Part shown: piece after piece, positions 57,901 through 64,000 of the stretch
Layout: each line of letters starts with the position of its first letter
Numbering within the stretch: the stretch's first letter is position 1
Assembly: GCA_018713255.1 (NCBI GenBank)
Contig: DVFL01000023.1
Span: 99,820-163,819, forward strand
Length of the DNA stretch: 64,000 bases
Direction of reading: 5' to 3'
Source of the DNA: Candidatus Cottocaccamicrobium excrementipullorum
GTDB taxonomy: Bacteria > Bacillota > Clostridia > Lachnospirales > Lachnospiraceae
Program-made: the position numbers and the translations under genes
Notes under the pieces: model-generated
Told to the model about the DNA's origin: nothing
Database searches by the model: none
The model's input: only the letters and a program-made list of their open reading frames with translations

Positions 57901-58368
57901 GAGGAGATCCAGGAGGAGATTAAGCGCCAGCTGCGGATGAGCGGATTGGTAAACAGTGATTTGGAGGTAATCAGCCTGATGGACCGGGATATTGAAGGGG
58001 AATCGGATGTGATTCCGGTTGCCATGAAGTCGGGAATGATCCAGGAAGCCAGGTCCTCTGTGGCAAGCAGAAAGCGCTTCGGTTTTTTGCGGGATTATGT
58101 GCGGAAGCGCTGCCAAAAGGCGGGACAGGAAATCCTGGAAGGGAACATTCAGATGGCTCCTTATCAGGAAGGAACGAAGACAGGCTGCGACTATTGTCCT
58201 TATCATCCGGTCTGTGGATTCGACCGGAAGCTGCCTGGCTGCGGATATCGGAAATTGCCGCCGATCAAGGCGGAAGAAATATGGAAGGAAATTTTGCCTG
58301 GAGAGGAGGAACAAGAAGATGCAGTGGACCAGCCAGCAGGAAAAGGTAATCCAGAGCCGGAAGCGTAA
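54901..58368 (+). CDS. addB: ATP-dependent helicase/deoxyribonuclease subunit B
   Basis: MSLQFIIGPSGSGKTRYLY start and a C-terminal RecB-type nuclease with the Fe-S cysteines CDYCPYHPVC. The upstream part of the ORF (54634-54900) is treated as non-coding. Confidence 0.9.
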   Translation: MSLQFIIGPSGSGKTRYLYEQVIQESLSHPELHYFFLVPEQYTMQTQKELIRLHPRRALTNVDVLSFNRLAHRVFDDLGTELLTVLDDMGKSMILRKIAGEKSRELRYYQRHFSQTGFVNQLKSMISEMYQYGVTPQVLDQLRQDTEEPVLKEKLWDLELIFQGFQEYIQEKFTTAEEVLDLCCRLLPQWDKLRSSQIFLDGYTGFTPVQYRILEIMLGRCLKVRAAVTADPEGELYKEAGIEELFYMSRQMICRLIDVASRAGVLHQEDVILKGNPPERFRQSPQLAKLEGELRGRRTWDEKTGESGRQIFWAEKKNPDQEVRHLCRRIYAGLKEGLRFKDMAVITGDLDTYGREVRRQFEEQNIPFFLDDKTSILSNPLVEFIRSAIEAVRLDFPYESMFRCLKTGLMLSGAEEQTEQELFRMENYVKALGIRGRKGWESVWERQYSGGENLNLERLNQFKQEAAEPLFRLRESLEQKPATGRTMTEGLEAFLEELQMEEKLAGLSDRLMEAGNSEAASQFSQVYGLTIEMFQRLKGLLGDESMSLAEYGQILDAGFGEIQVGLLPAAVDRVVVGDITRTRLDDIRVLFFLGVNEGIIPQRKENRSLLTDEEREFFAAHQVELAPSARESGLTQRFYLYLLMTKPSKRLEVTWAARSGSGGKLRPSSLAERLMTMFPYGEADQQQEEKYPASAGEAVLALAEGLRQGETEKENQIFELYASFLSRPEYQELVRRMGEASTHVYEEKGIGREAARALYGTILQGSVTRLEQYGACAYAHFLKYGLELLKRQEYEVGAVDMGNLLHQSLDLCFQSLKDKGASLVDLTEEERKNLVEDCVISAAETYGNTIMHSSSRNAYLIRRLLRITDRTVWALGQQLKKGEFKPAAFEVSFSAADNLNAMKIALSQDEALYLKGRIDRLDLCEDETHVYVKIIDYKSGSTSFNLAAMYYGLQLQLVVYMDAAMEMEERRRPDKDVVPGGLFYYHIQDPLVEKKGEMTPEEIQEEIKRQLRMSGLVNSDLEVISLMDRDIEGESDVIPVAMKSGMIQEARSSVASRKRFGFLRDYVRKRCQKAGQEILEGNIQMAPYQEGTKTGCDYCPYHPVCGFDRKLPGCGYRKLPPIKAEEIWKEILPGEEEQEDAVDQPAGKGNPEPEA

Positions 58369-61300
58369 TCTGTTGGTTTCTGCGGCGGCAGGAAGCGGAA
58401 AAACGGCTGTTTTGGTGGAGCGGATTGTGCGGATGATTACAGATCCCAAAAACCCGGTGGATTTAGACCGCCTTTTGGTGATGACCTTTACCAGCGCGGC
58501 AGCGGGAGAAATGCGGGAGAGAGTGGGAAAGGCTATTGAAGAAAAACTGGCTGCAGAGCCGGGAAACCGGCGGCTCAGTCTCCAGGCGGCCCTGGTGCCT
58601 CATGCCCAGATTCAAACGATCGACAGTTTTTGCCTGTCTTTGATCCGAAGCCATTACGCCAGCCTGGACATTGACCCGGCGTTTAGGGTGGGGGATGAAG
58701 GAGAGCTTACCCTTCTGAAAAACGATGTGATGATGGAACTGTTTGAGGACAAGTATGAGGAAGGAAGTCCAGAGTTTGTCCGTTTTGTGGAAACTTATGG
58801 AGGCGGACGGACGGATATGGGCATCGAGGAGGCGGTGGACCAGGTATATCGGTTTTCCGTAAGTCATCCCTGGCCGATGGAATGGCTGTCCCGGTGCCAG
58901 GAGGAATTCCAGGAGGGAGAACTGAAGCGGTTTCAAGAGAAGGAATGGGTGCAGTTTCTCATCCGGGATGTAAAACTGATCATGGAAGAATATCTTCAGC
59001 AGATGGATCAGGCCATTGCAATCTGCCAGGAGCCCGACGGTCCGGCCTCTTATCTGCCTGTTTTGCTCCAGGAGCGGGAGATGCTTGCTGATGCAGCTTC
59101 GGCGGGAGAGTTTGAGGCTTTGATGAAAAAGCTTCAGGCGCTGTCTTTTGGACGGTTGGCCCCAGCCAGAAAAAAGGAAATCGATCCGGAGAAAAAGGAA
59201 TATGTTGCCGCTGTTCGGGACCGAGTGAAAAAAGGCGCCATAAAATGCAGAGATCGGTACGCCTCCCAAACAATGGAGGAAATCCGGGAATCCATGGCGG
59301 GCTGCAGCCCGGCGGCCAAGACGCTTTTGGAGCTGACCGGAGAATTTATCAAGCGCTATCAGCAGGCCAAGCGGGAGAGAAATTTGGTGGATTTCGGAGA
59401 CTTGGAGCATTTTGCCATTCAGGTTCTTTATACGGAGGGCAAACCGTCGGCGGTGGCCGACCGGTTGGCGCTGGGATATGAAGAAATTCTGGTGGATGAA
59501 TATCAGGACAGCAATCAGGTGCAGGAAACATTGATCTATGCATTGTCCAGAGAACGGTTCGGGAAACCAGATGTGTTTATGGTAGGCGATATGAAACAGA
59601 GCATTTACCGTTTCCGTCAGGCGAGACCGGAGCTGTTTTTAGAGAAATACCAGACTTATTCTCTGGAAGAGGGACCTTTTCAGAAAATTGAGCTTCAGAA
59701 AAATTTCCGCAGCCGCCATCAAGTATTGGACACGGTGAATGCATTTTTCTACCGTCTCATGGGCAGCCGTTTAGGGGGGATTGCGTATAGCCGGGAGAAT
59801 GCTTTGTATCCCGCAGGCAGTTTCGGGGAAGTGCCTGCGGAACAGGACAACCGGACGGAACTGTTTTTGCTGGACACGGGAAAAGAAGAGCTGAATGCGC
59901 TGGATGAGGAGGCCAGAGAATATACCATTCGGGAGATGGAGGTTCGCCTGGTGATTCAGCAGATCAGACGGCTTACCCATCCAGAAACGGGGCTGATGAT
60001 CTGGGATAAACATACAGGTCAGAGCCGCCGGGCAAGGTATGGAGATGTGGTTATTTTGCTGCGGAGCATATCGGGCTGGGCAGAAGCGTTTGTCAACGGC
60101 ATGATGAACGAGGGAATCCCTGCTTACGCCCAGTCTCAGACAGGATATTTTGATACGATGGAAATTGAAGGGATTTTAAGTCTCCTGGCTGTGATTGACA
60201 ATCCCATTCAAGATATTCCTTTGGCGGCGGTGATGCGGTCGCCTTTCCTGGGAATGACCGACCAGGAGCTGGCCTGGATGATGGCCTGCTTTAAGGGAAC
60301 GGCAGAAAAGGGAGAGGACAGAGGAATTTACGGAGCATGGCGTTTCTGGCTGGAGGAAAGACCCTGGGAAAAGGAATCCGGGGAGAAACGGCTGCAGTTT
60401 TCGGCCATTGGAAAGAAACTTCAGAAGCTGGATCAAATGGTTTCCCATTTCCGCCGGCTGTCGGGGATTCTTCCGATCCATCAGCTTCTGGAAAAAATTT
60501 ATCGGGATACCGGCTATTATGCCTGTGTATCGGCCATGGCCGGGGGAGAAACCAGGCAGGCTAATCTTGATCTGCTGATTGAGAAGGCATCTGCCTATCA
60601 GCGTACCAGCTATCAGGGACTGTTTCATTTTATCCGGTATATTGAGCGGCTGAAAAAGGTGGACAGAGATTTTGGAGAAGCGGTGTCGGCAGAAGGAGAA
60701 GAGCAAACGGTTCAGATTATGAGCATTCACAAAAGCAAAGGACTGGAATTTCCCATTGTCATTCTTGCCGGTCTGGGAAAGCGCTTTAATAAACAGGATG
60801 CTTACGGCCGCCTGCTGATTGATCCGGATTTGGGAATTGGCGCGGATTATGTGGATTTGGATAATCGGCTGAAGGCTCCCACGCTGAAAAAGCAGGTGCT
60901 TAGGCGGAAACTGGAGCTGGAAAGTATGGGAGAGGAGCTTCGCGTTCTTTATGTGGCCATGACAAGAGCCAGAGAAAAGCTGATTATGACTGGTGCGGAT
61001 GCTCATTTGGATACGAAATACAAGCGATGGGATATTGTGGTTGATGAAGAGGGCGGTCTGCAAAAGAAGAAAAGAGCGGAATGGATGGAGGAAGGCCCCC
61101 TTCCCTTTACCATTCTATCTTCCGCCGGTTCCTATCTGGACTGGATCCTGCAGGCGCTGCCGGACAGGCAGGATCTTTTGGTTAGCCGTCAGGTTCCGGC
61201 AGGAGCGCTGATCGGCAGGGAAATGGTTCTTCAGCTGGAGAAGCGTCTGAGCCGGGAAAGATTAGCAGGCATTCAGCCGGGGAAGGTGTATGATCCCGAC

Positions 61301-62044
61301 TGCCACAGTCATCTGGAGGAGATGTTTAATTATCAGTACCCATACAAGGAAGAAATTGGTTTGTATGCAATGATGTCCGTTTCAGAATTAAAACGCCAGG
61401 GCCAGGAGCAGCAAGAGGGAGCTTTCCCGCTTTTTGCCCAGGAACCTTTAGAAAAAGCGGAGGAAGGTGTGCCGGAGACTTCAAAACAGCGGGAATTTTC
61501 CGGCGGAGGAGCCAGACGGGGAACGGCATATCACAGAATGCTTCAGCTGATTTCGCCGGCGGACTGCTTTTCTTTACAGAATATTCGTCTCCGAATGGAA
61601 GAGCTGTGCCGTGAGGGACGAGTAAAAAAGGAAGAGTGCAGTATGGTAAATCCCAAGGTGCTGTGGAATTTCTACCAAAGTCCTTTGGGAAAACGTTTTT
61701 TGGAAGCAGAAAACCAGGGGCATTTCCACCGGGAAACACAGTTTATGATCGGTGTTCCGGCCAAGACCATTGGAATTGCCCAGTCCCAGGAGCTGGTGTT
61801 GATTCAGGGAATGATCGATGCTTATGCAGAGGAGGAAGACGGACTGGTTTTGGTGGATTATAAAACAGATGATGTGGAACGGGCGGAAGAATTGCGGGAA
61901 CGGTATCAGGTTCAGATGGATTATTATATTCTGGCACTGGAACAGATTACCGGAAGTCGGGTAAAGGAAGCTTTTCTTTATTCCCTTCGGCTTCAGAAGG
62001 CGGTGCTGGTAAAGAGGACAGCTGATGCTTCGGCCGGACCGTAA
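58319..62044 (+). CDS. addA: ATP-dependent helicase/nuclease subunit A
   Basis: MQWTSQQEKVIQSRKRNLLVSAAAGSGKTAVLVERI, VDEYQDSN, SIHKSKGLEFP, VAMTRAREKL and a C-terminal nuclease motif (GMIDAY...LVDYKTD). Overlaps addB by 50 nt. Confidence 0.9.
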   Translation: MQWTSQQEKVIQSRKRNLLVSAAAGSGKTAVLVERIVRMITDPKNPVDLDRLLVMTFTSAAAGEMRERVGKAIEEKLAAEPGNRRLSLQAALVPHAQIQTIDSFCLSLIRSHYASLDIDPAFRVGDEGELTLLKNDVMMELFEDKYEEGSPEFVRFVETYGGGRTDMGIEEAVDQVYRFSVSHPWPMEWLSRCQEEFQEGELKRFQEKEWVQFLIRDVKLIMEEYLQQMDQAIAICQEPDGPASYLPVLLQEREMLADAASAGEFEALMKKLQALSFGRLAPARKKEIDPEKKEYVAAVRDRVKKGAIKCRDRYASQTMEEIRESMAGCSPAAKTLLELTGEFIKRYQQAKRERNLVDFGDLEHFAIQVLYTEGKPSAVADRLALGYEEILVDEYQDSNQVQETLIYALSRERFGKPDVFMVGDMKQSIYRFRQARPELFLEKYQTYSLEEGPFQKIELQKNFRSRHQVLDTVNAFFYRLMGSRLGGIAYSRENALYPAGSFGEVPAEQDNRTELFLLDTGKEELNALDEEAREYTIREMEVRLVIQQIRRLTHPETGLMIWDKHTGQSRRARYGDVVILLRSISGWAEAFVNGMMNEGIPAYAQSQTGYFDTMEIEGILSLLAVIDNPIQDIPLAAVMRSPFLGMTDQELAWMMACFKGTAEKGEDRGIYGAWRFWLEERPWEKESGEKRLQFSAIGKKLQKLDQMVSHFRRLSGILPIHQLLEKIYRDTGYYACVSAMAGGETRQANLDLLIEKASAYQRTSYQGLFHFIRYIERLKKVDRDFGEAVSAEGEEQTVQIMSIHKSKGLEFPIVILAGLGKRFNKQDAYGRLLIDPDLGIGADYVDLDNRLKAPTLKKQVLRRKLELESMGEELRVLYVAMTRAREKLIMTGADAHLDTKYKRWDIVVDEEGGLQKKKRAEWMEEGPLPFTILSSAGSYLDWILQALPDRQDLLVSRQVPAGALIGREMVLQLEKRLSRERLAGIQPGKVYDPDCHSHLEEMFNYQYPYKEEIGLYAMMSVSELKRQGQEQQEGAFPLFAQEPLEKAEEGVPETSKQREFSGGGARRGTAYHRMLQLISPADCFSLQNIRLRMEELCREGRVKKEECSMVNPKVLWNFYQSPLGKRFLEAENQGHFHRETQFMIGVPAKTIGIAQSQELVLIQGMIDAYAEEEDGLVLVDYKTDDVERAEELRERYQVQMDYYILALEQITGSRVKEAFLYSLRLQKAVLVKRTADASAGP

Positions 62045-62086
62045 AATGCCAGGGATAAACTTTCATGGTATCCAATTGGTAACCGG

Positions 62087-62114
62087 TTGCATTTTTTGAA
62101 GAATCTTGTATAAT
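62087..62114 (+). promoter_or_regulatory. Candidate sigma-A promoter for the ThyX-like/DHFR pair
   Basis: TTGCAT (62087-62092), 16 nt, TATAAT (62109-62114). Confidence 0.5.
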
Positions 62115-62172
62115 CATACAGGACAGGATTTATCGGAAGGAGCCGCGAAGGCGGCGGGAAAGGAGAGATTTC

Positions 62173-62808
62173 ATGATAAAACTGGAGCGGACCAGTGTGA
62201 TGAACCTGGAAAACGCCATGCGGGGGGCCAGAAATGCCCATAACAGCTGGGCCAGAATGGACAGCACCTATGATGAAAATGGACAGTTCATCCTTGGTCC
62301 TAATGATCTGGACCTGGCCCTGCGGCTTAGAAAAGCCGGGAGCGATCACCGGAAATTCCTCCGTCAGGTATTTGTGTCGGTGGATATTACGGCGCCCCTT
62401 TACTGGTGGAAGGAGTACGACACGTACAAAGTGGCAACCACAGCGAATTCAACCAGCACGATGCATCGGATACACTGCCGGCCTTTTTCCAGAGAAGATT
62501 TCAGCACTGATCATATGACACCGGAAACCCTGGCATTTATGGACCTGGTAATTGAACGGCTGGAGCAGATCCGGCTGAAATTTATGGAAGAAGGGAAAAA
62601 GAAAGAAGACTGGTACGACATGATACAGCTTCTTCCTTCCAGCTATAACCAGATGCGTACCTGCACCATGAATTATGAGACTCTGGTGAACATTTATCAT
62701 GCCAGAAAGAATCATAAGCTGGAGGAATGGAGACAGATGTGCCGCTGGATTCTTGAACTTCCCTACGGCAAAGAGCTGATTGCAGCTGAGCAGGAGGCAG
62801 AAGGGTGA
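62173..62808 (+). CDS. ThyX-fold (Thy1-like) protein lacking the canonical RHR/Ser ThyX motif
   Basis: By eye it is colinear with flavin-dependent thymidylate synthase (e.g. SDHRKFLRQVFVSVDITAPLYWWKE vs [24 protein letters not shown]). The RHRxxSxxxxSxR position reads YDTYKVATTANSTSTMH. Confidence 0.55.
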   Translation: MIKLERTSVMNLENAMRGARNAHNSWARMDSTYDENGQFILGPNDLDLALRLRKAGSDHRKFLRQVFVSVDITAPLYWWKEYDTYKVATTANSTSTMHRIHCRPFSREDFSTDHMTPETLAFMDLVIERLEQIRLKFMEEGKKKEDWYDMIQLLPSSYNQMRTCTMNYETLVNIYHARKNHKLEEWRQMCRWILELPYGKELIAAEQEAEG

Positions 62809-63332
62809 ATCTGATTGTTGCGGCGGATAAAAACTGGGGAATTGGATTTAACGGGAAAACCCTGGTAAATATTCCGGCGGACCGAAGGATGTTTAGGGAA
62901 GAGACCACTGGAAAAGTAGTGGTGATGGGAAGGCGGACGCTGGAGAGTCTTCCTGGAGGACAGCCTTTGGCGAATAGGACGAATATTGTCCTTTCCGCTG
63001 ATCCACAGTTCAAGGTTAAAGGCGCGGTTATCTGCCGAAGTCTTAAAGAGGCTTTAGCAGAGTGCGCCAAGTATAAGGATGAAGAAATTTTCGTGGCAGG
63101 AGGGCAGGAAATCTACCAGCAGTTTCTGCCTTACTGCGATATTGCTCATGTGACCTATATTGATTATACCTATGAAGCCGATACATATTTTCCTGATCTG
63201 GATAAAGATCCGGAATGGGTGATGATGGCGGAAAGTGAAGAGCAGACTTCTTTTGATCTGTGCTATACCTTCCGCATGTACTGCAGGAAGACATCGGTGA
63301 AAAAGGCCCTGAAGCTTCTTAAGGGAGGCTGA
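62805..63332 (+). CDS. folA: Dihydrofolate reductase
   Basis: NLIVAADKNWGIGFNGK, MGRRTLESLP and NIVLS motifs. The GTG start overlaps the upstream stop (GTGA). Confidence 0.85.
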   Translation: MNLIVAADKNWGIGFNGKTLVNIPADRRMFREETTGKVVVMGRRTLESLPGGQPLANRTNIVLSADPQFKVKGAVICRSLKEALAECAKYKDEEIFVAGGQEIYQQFLPYCDIAHVTYIDYTYEADTYFPDLDKDPEWVMMAESEEQTSFDLCYTFRMYCRKTSVKKALKLLKGG

Positions 63333-63368
63333 TGCAAGGCTGTTAGGAGAGGATAAAGGAGGTTTTAT

Positions 63369-64000
63369 ATGATGGGAGCAGAAAAAACAGTACTGGAAAA
63401 CGGGGATCTGCTTGTGGAGATCAACCGTTTCGGCGCCGAGCTTGCCCGGATTTATGATAAGACGCATCAGAGAGAGGTCCTCTGGGAGGGAAAACCGGAA
63501 ATCTGGGGCCGTCACGCCCCCATTCTCTTCCCTTTCGTGGGAAAATGCTACGAGGACCGGTATTATTATGAGGGGAAAGCCTATCCGATGACTTCTCACG
63601 GTTTTGCCAGGGATATGGAATTTACGTTAGTATCCCAGACCGAGGAGGAAGTCTGGTACCAGCTGGAAAGTACGGAAGAAACCCTGAAGAAATATCCCTT
63701 TTCCTTCTGTCTCCAGGCCGGCATCCGTTTGGAGGGGAACCAGATCCATGTGATGTGGAAGGTGAAAAATCTGGGGGAGAAGACTATGTATTTTATGCTG
63801 GGCGGTCATCCGGCCTTTAAGACGCCGGAAGGTTTAACTGTCCACGACTTCACTCTGGATTTTCATCGAAAGAACGAAGATGGACCTCTTCATTACCAGG
63901 CGCCCAGCAGCAAGGGATATCAGGAGGACAGCCTTTCTGGAGAACTTTCTCTTCAGGACGGCAGGGTGAAGATCGACCAGGGATTTTTCAAACGAGTTCT
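63369..64000 (+). CDS. Aldose 1-epimerase family protein (LacX/galactose mutarotase-like); 3' end runs off the window
   Basis: Absent from the ORF track because it is open at the window end. ATG at 63369 follows AAGGAGG. Translation: MMGAEKTVLENGDLLVEINRFGAELARIYDK...APILFPFVGK...SHGFARD...GGHPAF. Confidence 0.7.
   Translation, partial: MMGAEKTVLENGDLLVEINRFGAELARIYDKTHQREVLWEGKPEIWGRHAPILFPFVGKCYEDRYYYEGKAYPMTSHGFARDMEFTLVSQTEEEVWYQLESTEETLKKYPFSFCLQAGIRLEGNQIHVMWKVKNLGEKTMYFMLGGHPAFKTPEGLTVHDFTLDFHRKNEDGPLHYQAPSSKGYQEDSLSGELSLQDGRVKIDQGFFKRV

Noticed and set aside
1-64000. Search for tRNA, rRNA, tmRNA, prophage, integrase or toxin-antitoxin pairs
   Set aside because: No T-arm/anticodon-arm patterns, rRNA-like stretches, phage structural genes, integrases or small adjacent TA-like ORF pairs were recognised anywhere in the window.

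Overview
This looks like a chromosomal segment from a low-to-moderate-GC Firmicute, Clostridia/Lachnospiraceae-like by gene content and protein style. No database search was possible. Most of the window is conserved housekeeping. It includes an AraC/GH88/sugar-SBP locus, galT, an AraC/GH4 pair, and metF with a split metH. A complete trpEGDCFBA operon sits behind a Trp T-box leader. A zinc-uptake operon (znuABC-like) carries two COG0523 GTPases. Also present are cell-wall genes (a polysaccharide deacetylase and two DD-carboxypeptidases), a NEW3-domain/ABC cluster, scpAB-dut, hflX, addBA, and a ThyX-like/DHFR pair. About 6.3-14.0 kb is a visibly more A/T-rich accessory patch. It holds a MazG-like pyrophosphohydrolase tightly linked to a GIY-YIG + DUF2075-type SF1 ATPase, a flavodoxin-like protein, and a probably 5'-truncated second SF1 ATPase. 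It also holds gene fragments, an IS256-family element whose transposase has an in-frame amber codon, and Rpn-type nuclease paralog debris. The observations most worth follow-up are: (i) the MazG-like/GIY-YIG-DUF2075 pair as a candidate nucleic-acid defence module; (ii) an unexplained, strongly structured 120-bp element in exact tandem duplication at 39257-39496; (iii) a ThyX-fold protein lacking the canonical ThyX motif, translationally coupled to DHFR. No rRNA, tRNA or CRISPR array was seen.
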